Positions 30,169 to 40,209 of a stretch of 64,000 nucleotides of DNA are shown here, piece by piece (the stretch's first letter is position 1; each line of letters begins with the position of its first letter). The stretch lies in the NCBI GenBank assembly GCA_044225365.1, contig JBGAIQ010000019.1, forward strand, positions 45,754 to 109,753, written 5' to 3'. The stretch is from Planctomycetota bacterium (GTDB taxonomy: Bacteria; Planctomycetota; B15-G4; JADJEK01). Below the pieces are notes generated by a model that searched no databases, had not been told where the DNA came from, and saw only the letters and a list, made by a program, of their open reading frames with translations. Made by a program: the position numbers and the translations under genes.

Positions 30169-31287
30169 GTGATCCTCGAGATCCTCACTCGATGGTTCCA
30201 GGGCACGACGCTCTTGAACTTCTTCCAGTACCTGACGGTGCGCGCCGCGCTCTCCGCCGTCGTGAGCTTCCTCGTCGCGCTCTTGATCGGGCCGAAGATG
30301 ATCGCGTGGCTGCGGTACCGCAAGATCGGCGAGGACACGGGCAAATCGGACTCGGCGGTCCTGAAGCAACTCCATCACGACAAGAAGGGGACGCCGACGA
30401 TGGGCGGCGTCCTCATCATGGCGAGCCTCTTCATAACGGTCGGCCTGTTCGGACAGTGGCGCAATCTCTACGTCGTCCTCGCGATGTTCGGCACCGCGGC
30501 GCTCACCTTCGTCGGCGCGCTCGACGACTGGATCAAGCTGAACCACGTGAAGCAGTCCGGACTCTCGGCACGGGCCAAGATGCTGCTGCAGGTCGCGGTC
30601 TGCCTCGCTCTGTCGTACGCGATCTACCTGATCGCGCGGAACAGCGGCTACAAGTCGCCGTTCCTGCTACGGATCCCATTCCTGAAGGACGCGTGGATCG
30701 ACCTGTCGTTCTGGGCCGGTGCGCCCTATGTCGTCGTCGCCGCCTTCGTGATGGTGGGTTGCTCGAACGCCGTGAACCTGACCGATGGACTCGATGGGCT
30801 CGCGACGGGCTGCTCGGTGATGGCCACGCTTGCGCTCACCGTCATCATCTACGTGGTCGGCCGCGAGGACTTCACGCGCTACCTGCTCCTGCCGCATGTT
30901 CCCGGGGCCGCGGAACTGACGATCGTCGGAGCGGCGCTCGCGGGATCCTCGCTCGGATTCCTCTGGTTCAATGCGTATCCCGCGCAAGTGTTCATGGGCG
31001 ATACCGGCTCGTTGCCGATCGGCGGCCTGCTCGGTTATCTCGCCGTGGTGGCTCGACAGGAACTCGTCCTACCGTTCATCGGAGGACTGTTCGTGATCGA
31101 AGCTCTCTCCGTGATGTTGCAGGTCGGCTGGTTCAAGCTGAGCAAGGGGAAGCGCATCCTCCGGTGTGCACCGCTGCATCATCATTTCCAGTTCCTCGGA
31201 TGGCACGAGGTCAAGGTCGTCACGCGCTTCTGGATCGTCGGCGCGATCTGCGCGATCATCGGCCTGGCAACTCTCAAGGTGAGGTAA
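30169..31287 (+). CDS. mraY: Phospho-MurNAc-pentapeptide transferase
   Basis: KGTPTMGG, NAVNLTDGLDG, FMGDTGS and APLHHHF motifs. Confidence 0.98.
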   Translation: MILEILTRWFQGTTLLNFFQYLTVRAALSAVVSFLVALLIGPKMIAWLRYRKIGEDTGKSDSAVLKQLHHDKKGTPTMGGVLIMASLFITVGLFGQWRNLYVVLAMFGTAALTFVGALDDWIKLNHVKQSGLSARAKMLLQVAVCLALSYAIYLIARNSGYKSPFLLRIPFLKDAWIDLSFWAGAPYVVVAAFVMVGCSNAVNLTDGLDGLATGCSVMATLALTVIIYVVGREDFTRYLLLPHVPGAAELTIVGAALAGSSLGFLWFNAYPAQVFMGDTGSLPIGGLLGYLAVVARQELVLPFIGGLFVIEALSVMLQVGWFKLSKGKRILRCAPLHHHFQFLGWHEVKVVTRFWIVGAICAIIGLATLKVR

Positions 31288-31290
31288 GGG

Positions 31291-32556
31291 ATGGCTGGCG
31301 AAAGCGACTCGGCGGATCGCGACGCGCTCGATCTCAATGCGAAGCGCGTGGAGTTCGCGACTCTCGCACTCTGTGCGATCGGACTCGTCATGGTGTACTC
31401 GGCGTCGTCGCCGTACACCGACAAGGTGCGTACGGGCTCGGTCCCCGACACCTTTCCGACCCTGATGATGCAGTTCCTGAAGCTCGGGCTCGCGTTCGCC
31501 CTGTTCCTTTGCGGGCGTTTCATCAGTCTCGAGTTCATCCGGCGCCATGCCGCGAAGTTCTTCGTGGGCTCCCTCCTGTTGCTGTGTCTCGTGCCGTTCA
31601 TCGGCATCTCGCTGAATGGCAGCCGGCGCTGGCTCGCCGCGGGGCCATTCACCTTCCAGCCCGTGGAGATGGTGAAACTCGCGATTGTCGCGCTGCTCGC
31701 GAGCCGACTGGGTGCGCTCGGAAGGAAGATCGAGGAATTCCCGCGACTCATGGGCGTGGTCGCGCTCGCCCTCGTTCCGCCGCTCGCACTGCTCTGGAAG
31801 CAGCCGGACTTCGGTTCCTCGGTGTTCCTGTTCGGTGTCTGCGTCGTCCTCGTGGTCATCGCGGGGGCAAAGGTGCGGCACTGCGCGCTCGGCCTGCTCG
31901 GCGGTCTCGCCGGGCTCGCGCTGACGGCCGCGCTCTTCATGCCCCACGTGCGTGAGCGATTCGAGAAGCACAGCGCGCCGAAGCCGGGCGATCAGGTCTA
32001 CGAAGCCCTGCTCTCCCTCGGCTCGGGCGGCCTCGCGGGCGGAGAGAGCGGGATCGGTGGCGGAGTCGGCAAGCTCGGTTACGTGCCGATGATCCAGAGC
32101 GACTTCATCTTCGCGGCGGTGGGCGAAGAGACCGGCTTCATCGGCACGTCGCTCGTCATCGCCCTCTTCGTCACGCTCACGTACGCCGGAGCACGGATTG
32201 CCCGCCTCCAGCGCGATCCCTTCCGTTTCCTTCTCGGCGTCGGCCTCATCGTGGAGGTCGCCGTACAGGCCTTGATCAACCTCGTCGTCGTGACCGCCCT
32301 CGGGCCGACGAAGGGGATCGCATTGCCGTTCATCTCGTCCGGCGGCTCTGCATTGATGTTCTCACTGTTCGGTATCGGCCTCCTCGTCAACATCGCGCGC
32401 ACTCCGCAACAAGTCGCGGTGGAGTCGAAGGACTCACCTCGCTACGCTGCGGACGACGACAGCGCGGGGCCCGAAGAAGGTGGCCGTATCCTTCCCTTGC
32501 GTCGCCCGACTCCGGTGCGCGTCGCAGCTCGCAAAAAGGTGGTTGCCCATGGATGA
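31291..32556 (+). CDS. ftsW: SEDS family glycosyltransferase
   Basis: NGSRRW, FQPVE, QPDFG, SDFIFA and LPFISSGGS motifs. Confidence 0.92.
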   Translation: MAGESDSADRDALDLNAKRVEFATLALCAIGLVMVYSASSPYTDKVRTGSVPDTFPTLMMQFLKLGLAFALFLCGRFISLEFIRRHAAKFFVGSLLLLCLVPFIGISLNGSRRWLAAGPFTFQPVEMVKLAIVALLASRLGALGRKIEEFPRLMGVVALALVPPLALLWKQPDFGSSVFLFGVCVVLVVIAGAKVRHCALGLLGGLAGLALTAALFMPHVRERFEKHSAPKPGDQVYEALLSLGSGGLAGGESGIGGGVGKLGYVPMIQSDFIFAAVGEETGFIGTSLVIALFVTLTYAGARIARLQRDPFRFLLGVGLIVEVAVQALINLVVVTALGPTKGIALPFISSGGSALMFSLFGIGLLVNIARTPQQVAVESKDSPRYAADDDSAGPEEGGRILPLRRPTPVRVAARKKVVAHG

Positions 32557-33469
32557 ACTCCAGCGCTACGGATTGCTCTCGATCGCTTGCCTGATCGTTC
32601 TGTGCCTGGCACTGACCTTCAAGGATCGCGATCACGCGAACGCGAAATCGGCGAAGGCGCCTATCGTCAAGCCGGAAGGCGTCGGCGAGGGCGCCACGAA
32701 CGATGCGAACGCTCTCGCAGGCGGTGATTCCGCTCCGCCGTCGAAGCCGGGCGGCGAGGTCGCGAATCAGGATGCGGGATCGAAGCCGAAGGCGGGAAGC
32801 GACGGCAAGGTCGCTCCGGATGCGAAGGAATCGTCGTCCGGCTCGAAGTCCCCCCTCGCTGCGAACGGAAGCGAAGGCAAGGACAAGGCAACGCCTGCGA
32901 CCAACCCCGACCTCGAGCCCTCGACCTACAAGGTCCAGGCCGGGGATACGTTTCGCAAGATCGCGAAGACGAAGCTCGGTGACGAGGCTCGCTTCGCCGA
33001 GATCGTCGCCGCGAATCCCGGTGTGAAGGCGAACGCGCTCAAGGCGGGTGCGACGTTGAAGATCCCTCCGAAGTCGAAGCCGCTGCCGCCGACCTCGCCG
33101 CAAGCCGAATCGAAGCCGGGCGATTCCGTCGCCAAGGACGGCAAGAATCCCGCTCCGGATGCCGCGAGCGGGAAGAACCCTGCGGCGCCGGGCGACGTGA
33201 AGAGCCCTTCGGGCGCTCGACCCAAGTCGAAGAAGGACCTCGCCGAGTCGGCAGCGACCAAGTCGGATCCCAAGTCGGATTCGAAGAAGGCCGCGAAGGC
33301 GCGCACGATCCCCACGAGTCACAAGGTGGGGCGAGGCGAATCGCTGGCATCCATCGCTCGCAAGTACTACGACGACGCGACCGACTGGAAGAAGATCTAC
33401 TCGGCCAACAAGTCGAAGATGAAGAACTCGAGCGACATCCATGAGGGTCTGGTTCTCACGCTGCCGTGA
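32549..33469 (+). CDS. Membrane-anchored protein with two LysM domains
   Basis: N-terminal TM; YKVQAGDTFRKIA and HKVGRGESLASIARKYY; K/P/S-rich linkers. Confidence 0.88.
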   Translation: MDELQRYGLLSIACLIVLCLALTFKDRDHANAKSAKAPIVKPEGVGEGATNDANALAGGDSAPPSKPGGEVANQDAGSKPKAGSDGKVAPDAKESSSGSKSPLAANGSEGKDKATPATNPDLEPSTYKVQAGDTFRKIAKTKLGDEARFAEIVAANPGVKANALKAGATLKIPPKSKPLPPTSPQAESKPGDSVAKDGKNPAPDAASGKNPAAPGDVKSPSGARPKSKKDLAESAATKSDPKSDSKKAAKARTIPTSHKVGRGESLASIARKYYDDATDWKKIYSANKSKMKNSSDIHEGLVLTLP

Positions 33470-34671
33470 GGATCCTGCTCGCCGCCGGCGGTACCGGCGG
33501 ACACGTGACCCCCGCGATCGCGACCGCGCAGGCGATCGTCGAACGACTTCCATCCGCCTCCATCGTGTTCGTCGCCGACGGCCGACCGGTCGCCGAGAAG
33601 TTCTTCTCGCGCGTCTCGTTCGGCCGCGAGCATCTGTTCCCCGATCACGTCACGGCGCCGAAGAAGCACGAACTCCTCGCCTGGTGGGCCGCATTTCGCC
33701 GTGCGCGGGCGTTGCTGCGGGATTTCGAACCCGACGTGATCGCCGGTTTCGGTGGGTATCCGACGTTCGTCCTGGGACTCGCAGCGCTCGGATCGCCCGT
33801 CACGGCCCTGCTGCGCGCATGGCTAGGGGCGCCGGCGCCGAGGCTCCCCGCCTTCCCTTCTCGTGCTCCGTCCCGCCCGCCGCTCGTCCTGCTCGAGCAG
33901 AACGCGCATCCCGGAAAGGCGGTCCGGTTCCTCGCCAAGAACTGCGCGGCGGTCCTTCTCGCGATGCCGGACGCGAAGGACCATTTGCGAGGCGGTGTGC
34001 GCAGCGAGGTCGTCGGCAATCCGCTTCCGGCTGCGTTCACGAGTTCGCCCGTGAAGGGCAAGGCGGAGGCTGCCTCCGAATTCGGTCTCGACCCGGGTCG
34101 GCCGACGCTCCTCGTGTGTGGGGGCAGTCAGGGTGCGCGGGGCGTGAACCGGCTGGTGCTCGGTGCGCGCGCCGAACTGTGCAAGCGCTTCCCCGATCTG
34201 CAGATCCTCTTCATCAGCGGGGACGCGGAGTTCGAGGCGGTCCGTCGAGAAGTGCAGGACAACCCCCAGCCTCAGACGATCGTCCTGCCTTTCGAACATC
34301 GCATGCGACTCGCCTACGAGTGCGCGGACGTGGTGGTCTGTCGCGCGGGCGGGACCACGCTCGCCGAACTCGCGATCGTCGGACGGCCGATGGTCGTCGT
34401 TCCGTATCCGTACCACCGCGATCGCCATCAATCGCGCAATGCCGAAGCCTTTGCCCGAGTGGGCGCGGCGCGGATCGTCGAGGAAGGCGAGGGCGCTCCA
34501 TCGAAGATGCTCGAAGCCCTGACGAACTACCTGCGCGATCCAGGACTGCGGACGTCTGCGGCCGCGGCAGCGCGCACGCTCGGATTCCCCGATGCGGCCG
34601 ATCGAGCGGCGAAGCGCATCCTCGAGATCGGCGGGCTGCGAACGGCCGGCGACGAAACGGCGTGGACTTGA
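33466..34671 (+). CDS. murG: Lipid I GlcNAc transferase
   Basis: GGTGGH, GGY, EQN, GNP, GGSQGA and RAGGTT motifs. Confidence 0.96.
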   Translation: MRILLAAGGTGGHVTPAIATAQAIVERLPSASIVFVADGRPVAEKFFSRVSFGREHLFPDHVTAPKKHELLAWWAAFRRARALLRDFEPDVIAGFGGYPTFVLGLAALGSPVTALLRAWLGAPAPRLPAFPSRAPSRPPLVLLEQNAHPGKAVRFLAKNCAAVLLAMPDAKDHLRGGVRSEVVGNPLPAAFTSSPVKGKAEAASEFGLDPGRPTLLVCGGSQGARGVNRLVLGARAELCKRFPDLQILFISGDAEFEAVRREVQDNPQPQTIVLPFEHRMRLAYECADVVVCRAGGTTLAELAIVGRPMVVVPYPYHRDRHQSRNAEAFARVGAARIVEEGEGAPSKMLEALTNYLRDPGLRTSAAAAARTLGFPDAADRAAKRILEIGGLRTAGDETAWT

Positions 34672-34674
34672 ACG

Positions 34675-36087
34675 ATGGGTGAGCTTGAACTCGAAGGTCC
34701 GGTTCACCTCGTGGGCTGCGGCGGCTCGGGCATGAATGCGCTCGCTCGCGTGCTGCTCGATCGGGGGATGGCCCTGACCGGCTCGGATCGGAAGGAGAGC
34801 GAATCCATCGCGTCGCTCCGCGCGCGGGGCGCATCGATCGTCGTCGGCGATCATCGCAAGGAAACGCTTCCGACCTCCGCGAAGTCGGTGATCGCGAGTG
34901 CTGCGATCCAAGAGACCAATCCGGAGATCGTCGCCGCGAGGGCCATGGGAATCCCGGTCCGGCGTTATGCCGAAGCTCTCGGATTGGCGATGGCGGACCG
35001 GCGCGGCATCGCGATCGCCGGCACGCACGGCAAGAGTACGACGACGGCGATGGTGGCGAGCACCCTCGTCCTCGCGGGTCGCGATCCCAGCTTCGTCGTC
35101 GGCGCCGATGTCCCGATGCTGAGGACTTCCGGGCGAGGCGGGAGCGGCGCCGAGTTCGTCGCCGAGGCTTGCGAATATCACCGTTCGTTCCTGTCGCTCC
35201 GCTACGAGATCGCCGCGATCATCAACGTCGAGGCCGAACATCTCGACTACTTCAAGGACTTCGACGACGTGAAGCGGGCGTTCGCGGGCTTCGCGGCGCG
35301 AATCCCATCGGGCGGAACGCTCGTGCTCGGCGTCGGGGCGTTACGAGTGCTGCGCGATCACCTCGAATCGTCGGCGTCCACCGCCGTGAAGCGCATCGTC
35401 ACCGGGGTGGAAGGCGACGCCGCCGCGGATCTCGTGGCGTCGAACCTCCGCTTCGATGAGGGCTGCGCGCGTTTCCAACTGCGGGGGCCGTACGGATCGT
35501 CGGCCACGACCGAGGTGTCACTCGCGGTTCCCGGCAGGCATTTCGTCGACGACGCGCTCGTCGCGGCGGGCGTGTTGTTCGCGGTCGGGCTGACGTCCGA
35601 CGAAATCGCTCGCGGCTTGTCCGCGTATCGCGGAGCTCGGCGGCGACTCGAAGAAGTCGTCGACGGCCGGATCCGAGTGCTTTCCGACTACGCGCATCAT
35701 CCGACCGAACTCCGTGCGGTGTACTCGGCGTTGCGGGGGAGCCATCCGGGGCGGCGACTCGTTGGAGTCTTCCAGCCGCATCAAGCCTCGCGCCTCAAGG
35801 CGTTCCTTCCCGAGTTCGCTGCGGCGCTCATGCCCTTCGATCGGGTGCTCGTGTCGGACGTCTACCGCGTTCGCGACAGCGAAGCCGACTTCAAGGCGAT
35901 CACCGCGAACGATCTCGCGCACGCGATCGCGGCTGGGAGCGGGAACGCGCTCGCCAGCGGGGACCTGATCTCTACCATGGAGCGACTGCGCTCCGAATGG
36001 CGCGACGGCGACGTCGTCGTGCTCCTCGGTGCGGGAGACATCGATGACCTCCGCGATGAAGTTGCAGCTGCCCTGTCCCAGCCGTAG
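34675..36087 (+). CDS. murC: UDP-MurNAc--L-alanine ligase
   Basis: GCGGSGM, GTHGKSTT, DYAHHPTE and FQPH motifs. Confidence 0.96.
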   Translation: MGELELEGPVHLVGCGGSGMNALARVLLDRGMALTGSDRKESESIASLRARGASIVVGDHRKETLPTSAKSVIASAAIQETNPEIVAARAMGIPVRRYAEALGLAMADRRGIAIAGTHGKSTTTAMVASTLVLAGRDPSFVVGADVPMLRTSGRGGSGAEFVAEACEYHRSFLSLRYEIAAIINVEAEHLDYFKDFDDVKRAFAGFAARIPSGGTLVLGVGALRVLRDHLESSASTAVKRIVTGVEGDAAADLVASNLRFDEGCARFQLRGPYGSSATTEVSLAVPGRHFVDDALVAAGVLFAVGLTSDEIARGLSAYRGARRRLEEVVDGRIRVLSDYAHHPTELRAVYSALRGSHPGRRLVGVFQPHQASRLKAFLPEFAAALMPFDRVLVSDVYRVRDSEADFKAITANDLAHAIAAGSGNALASGDLISTMERLRSEWRDGDVVVLLGAGDIDDLRDEVAAALSQP

Positions 36088-36961
36088 CGACGTCCCGCTC
36101 GGGCCCTTCACGACGATGGGCGTGGGCGGACGAACGCCGTTGCTCGTCGAACCGCGGAATGCGGACGAAATGATCGGTGCGCTCTCCGTCCTGCGCAAGG
36201 AAGGTCTCGCGTTCCGCATGCTCGGCGGCGGCGCGAATCTCCTCATCGACGATCAGGGCGTGAACGAGCCTGTGATCCTCACCGTGAATTCTCGCTACTG
36301 CATGCGGGAGGGCGAGGACGGGCGGACATTGCGCGTCGCGTGCGGATTGCCGATCCCGACGTTCGTGCAGCAGACGCGCGAGATGGGCCTCACCGGCGCC
36401 GAGTGCCTCGTCGGCATCCCCGGCACGATGGGCGGGGCGACCGCGATGAACGCGGGCGGGCGCCATGGCTGGCTCTCCTCGATCGTGACGCGCGTGCGCA
36501 TCCTCACGAACGACGGCGAGGACGTGACCCTCGCGAAGAACGACGCGATGTTCGCGTATCGCAATTCGATCTTCAGCGACGGCCGCGCCGCGGTGATCGA
36601 GACGGTCGTCGAACTCGCTCCAGGAAATCGCGCGGCGATCCAGGAGCAGATCAAGACGATCCTCAAGGAGAAGAGCACGGCGCAGCCGCTCACCGAGAAG
36701 AGCGCGGGGTGCATCTTCAAGAATCCGCCCGGCGGATCCGCCGGCAAGGCGATCGAAGCCGCGGGCCTCAAGGGCCACTCGATCGGCGGCGCGAAGATCT
36801 CGACGAAGCACGGCAATTTCATCGTGAACACGGGCGGGGCGACCCTTGCCGACATCGCCGCTCTCGTGCGCGAGATCCGGCGCGTGGTGAAGGAGCACTC
36901 GGGCATCGTGCTCGAGCGCGAGGTGAAGGCGTGGACGTCGGCGCCCGATCTCCTCGATTGA
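36056..36961 (+). CDS. murB: UDP-GlcNAc-enolpyruvate reductase
   Basis: GIPGTMGG..MNAG, SAGCIFKNP and HGNFIVN motifs. Confidence 0.96.
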   Translation: MKLQLPCPSRSDVPLGPFTTMGVGGRTPLLVEPRNADEMIGALSVLRKEGLAFRMLGGGANLLIDDQGVNEPVILTVNSRYCMREGEDGRTLRVACGLPIPTFVQQTREMGLTGAECLVGIPGTMGGATAMNAGGRHGWLSSIVTRVRILTNDGEDVTLAKNDAMFAYRNSIFSDGRAAVIETVVELAPGNRAAIQEQIKTILKEKSTAQPLTEKSAGCIFKNPPGGSAGKAIEAAGLKGHSIGGAKISTKHGNFIVNTGGATLADIAALVREIRRVVKEHSGIVLEREVKAWTSAPDLLD

Positions 36962-36983
36962 ACGACTCTCCAAGGAGACAACG

Positions 36984-38207
36984 GTGACGATCTCAGCCAG
37001 CGTTCTCGCGACCGTCCTGCTCGTCGTGTGCGGCCCGCTCGATCCTCAGCAGTCGAAGGAAGGCGCAGGGCAGAAGCCCGCGACCCCGACGACGTCGCCG
37101 CCCCAGATCGATGCCAACGCATGGACGACGACCGGGATCGCGAAGCTCCTCGCCATGCAGGAAGGATCGAACGCGGCCGAGTGGCCGTATGAGGGCGTCT
37201 ACCGCGAGTCGAACGAGATCCCGATGGGATACCGCGTCGGTGGCACCGCGATCTGTGCGCAGGCGTTGCTCGAACTCCCTGGGTTCGAGAAGGACGAGGC
37301 TCGGAAGGCGGCGGTGAAGAAGGCTGCGCTGTTCGTCGCCAAGATGGTGATGGACGATGGGGCGATGGGCAAGACCATCTCACGCAATTACGACGTTCGC
37401 GGCTGGGGGCACGCCTACGCACTCGCCTTCTTCATGGCGCTGGAGCGGAGCAAGCAGGTCGACGGCGAGTTGAAGGACGTCTTCGAGAAGGCGATCGCCA
37501 GTTCGCTCGACGTCATCGCCGCGACCGAGATCCCGTCGTTCGGGGGCTGGAACTACTCCCGTCCGCGCGGGTTCAAGGCGCCTGCGAGTCCGTCCTCGTT
37601 CATGACCGCGGCGACCCTGCTCGCGCTCTACGACGTGGCCGCGAGCGGGCGCAAGGTCGACGCCGCGATGATCACGCGCGCGCTCGATTTCCTCGAGAGC
37701 GGGAGGACCGAGAAAGGTACCTACGTCTACGCGGGCGCCGCGACGAGCAAAGGCGCGTGGGGCGGTGAGCCGGAGGGTAATTGCGCGCGCGCGGCCGTCG
37801 TCGAGATCGCGCTCGACCTCGCCGGACGCTCGAGCCCCGATCGCGTGCGCACCGCGATCGATCAGTTCGTCGAGCATTGGGAATGGCTCGAGAAGCGGCG
37901 TGCTCAGCCCGGCACCCACGAGCCACCGTTCAACATCGCGCCGTACTACTTCTACTTCGGACACGAGTACGCGGCGATGGCCGTCGAGCTCCTGCCCGAC
38001 TCGGAGCGACCGGGTTACCGAGCGGCGATCGCAAAGCTGCTCGCACGCACGCGCGCGGAGGACGGCACGTGGGACGATCGCGTCTTTCCGCGCTCCAAGA
38101 ATTTCGGCACCGCGGCCGCGCTGCGCACGCTGCTCGCTTCGCAGCTCAGAATGCCCGCGACCTACGCTGCGGCGAAGAAGGACGAGAAGCCGACGAAGCA
38201 GGGCTGA
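36984..38207 (+). CDS. Exported alpha-barrel protein, prenyltransferase/squalene-oxidase repeat-like
   Basis: Signal peptide; GGWNY, YYFYFGHEYAA and DGTWDD motifs. Confidence 0.7.
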   Translation: MTISASVLATVLLVVCGPLDPQQSKEGAGQKPATPTTSPPQIDANAWTTTGIAKLLAMQEGSNAAEWPYEGVYRESNEIPMGYRVGGTAICAQALLELPGFEKDEARKAAVKKAALFVAKMVMDDGAMGKTISRNYDVRGWGHAYALAFFMALERSKQVDGELKDVFEKAIASSLDVIAATEIPSFGGWNYSRPRGFKAPASPSSFMTAATLLALYDVAASGRKVDAAMITRALDFLESGRTEKGTYVYAGAATSKGAWGGEPEGNCARAAVVEIALDLAGRSSPDRVRTAIDQFVEHWEWLEKRRAQPGTHEPPFNIAPYYFYFGHEYAAMAVELLPDSERPGYRAAIAKLLARTRAEDGTWDDRVFPRSKNFGTAAALRTLLASQLRMPATYAAAKKDEKPTKQG

Positions 38208-38216
38208 GCGCCCGCG

Positions 38217-39974
38217 TCAGGCGATCTTGACGTCACGAACCTCGAGTTCGACCTCGGCCTGGCCGCGGAACAGATTGAGTCGGGGCGTATAGGCGAGAGC
38301 GATCTTCTTGCCTTCGAGCGCGGCGGCGCGATCGGCGAAGCCGAATGCGATCGCGCGGCGACGAATTCCGTTGTCCATCACCGAGAAGCTCAGGTGATTC
38401 TGGCTGCGGCCGACGCGCTTCAACGGGCCGCTCGTCTCGACGCTCGGTGTCGAGAACACCGGGATCGCGAGCCCTTCGCCGAAGGGCGCCAACTGATTGA
38501 TGTCGTGCATGAAGCTCGGAGTGAGCACTCCGAGCGGGAGCTCGGCGTCGATGAGGATCTCGCGCTCGTCGGTGTTCGCAGGATTCTCCCGAGCATAGGC
38601 GCACATCGCATCGCGCAACGCGGCGACGTTGCCGGCCTCGACCTCGAGACCGGCGGCGAAGGCGTGGCCCCCGAAGCCGACGAGATGCGATGCGCAGGCC
38701 GACAAGGCACGATGGAGATCGAAGCGTCGTACCGAGCGACCGGAGCCACGGCCGCGGTCCTTCGCGTTCTCACCGGAGAGTGCGATGAGGACGGCCGGCC
38801 GATCGAATTCGGTTGCGATCCGTGAGGCCACGATCCCGACGACGCCGGCGTGCCAGCGCGAATCGGCGAGCACGAGGATCGGATCGCCGCGCTCCGCGGC
38901 ACGAGCGGCGTGCGCCCGCGCGGTGTCGAAGATGTCGGCTTCGAGTACCTGGCGTTCGGCGTTGCGCGTATCGAGCTCGCGCGCGATCGCCTGGGCCTCG
39001 GCCTTGTCGTCGGCGAGCAAGAGGGCGAGCGCACGCTCGGCCTGACCGAGGCGTCCCGCGGCGTTGATGCGAGGGCCGAGTCGGAACGAGAGATCGTCCG
39101 ACTGGACCTCGCGACCGACGCCGGAGATCGCGCGAAGCGCGGCGAGCCCGGCGTGTTCCGACGAACGCAGGGCGGTGATCCCTGCGCGCGCCAGGAGACG
39201 ATTCTCGCCGACGAGCGGGACGCAATCGCAGATCGTCGCGAGCGCGACGAAGGCGATCGAGGTCTTCGAGAGATCGTAGAACGCGTCCTGCGCCGAGCCG
39301 CGCGCGGGCACTCGGCTCGCGAGGCCGGAGATGAGTTGGAACGCGACGCCACTTCCGCAGAGGTAGGGGAAGGGATACCCCGAACCCTGGAGCTTGGGAT
39401 TGAGCAGGGCGGTCGCCGGAGGGAGTTCGCCCCCCGGCTCGTGATGATCGCACACGATGACGTCGATCCCGAGCGCGCGCAGTTCACGGACCTTCGCGAC
39501 CGCCGTCGTCCCGTTGTCGACGGTGATCACCACCTTGGCGCCGCGACGCGCGATCTCCTCGACCCCGGCCTTCGAGAGCGAATACCCCTCGACGAGGCGA
39601 TTCGGGATGTAGGCACTGACGTTCATCCCGATCTGGCGCAGGAAGCGGACGAGCAGCGCCGTTCCGCACACGCCGTCGACGTCCGAGTCGCCGTAGATCA
39701 CGACGGGCTCGCGTCCGAAGAGTGCGACGAGGAGTCGCTCGACCGCGGCTTCCATCTGGACGAGGGCGAACGGATCGGTGAGCCCGTCGAGTCCGGGCTT
39801 CAGGAAGAAGTGGGCCTCCTCCGGCGAGCGCACGCCGCGATTGACGAGCAGGCGGGCGAGCAATGCGGAGACGCGGGACTTCTGCGAGATCTCGTCTTGC
39901 AGCGGTCCGCGCTCGGGATGGAATCGCCAGCGGTAGCGCGGGGCACTCGGTTGCGGTTCGAGGCGATCGCTCAT
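38217..39974 (-). CDS. recJ: Single-stranded DNA exonuclease RecJ
   Basis: GDSDVDG, TVDNG, DHH, PRINAAGR and GGHAFAAG motifs. Confidence 0.96.
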   Translation of the reverse strand: MSDRLEPQPSAPRYRWRFHPERGPLQDEISQKSRVSALLARLLVNRGVRSPEEAHFFLKPGLDGLTDPFALVQMEAAVERLLVALFGREPVVIYGDSDVDGVCGTALLVRFLRQIGMNVSAYIPNRLVEGYSLSKAGVEEIARRGAKVVITVDNGTTAVAKVRELRALGIDVIVCDHHEPGGELPPATALLNPKLQGSGYPFPYLCGSGVAFQLISGLASRVPARGSAQDAFYDLSKTSIAFVALATICDCVPLVGENRLLARAGITALRSSEHAGLAALRAISGVGREVQSDDLSFRLGPRINAAGRLGQAERALALLLADDKAEAQAIARELDTRNAERQVLEADIFDTARAHAARAAERGDPILVLADSRWHAGVVGIVASRIATEFDRPAVLIALSGENAKDRGRGSGRSVRRFDLHRALSACASHLVGFGGHAFAAGLEVEAGNVAALRDAMCAYARENPANTDEREILIDAELPLGVLTPSFMHDINQLAPFGEGLAIPVFSTPSVETSGPLKRVGRSQNHLSFSVMDNGIRRRAIAFGFADRAAALEGKKIALAYTPRLNLFRGQAEVELEVRDVKIA

Positions 39975-40209
39975 GGTGGCGTCGTTCCCAAGGTGTACAC
40001 GATGTTCGCTGCGAAACGGGAGTTCTCGATTCCGCGCGTGGCCCGTTCAACAACTTGGCCAGCAACTCGATCGGTTCGCGCCGCGACGTCCGTAGGATAC
40101 ATGGGTCCACGGCGGCGTCGAGCGAAGATCGCGGGTGTCCGTGAGCTCGGTGCACGCCGTTCGGACCGGGCACTCATTCCACTCGGATTCGGATCGTCGG
40201 GAGATCGCG

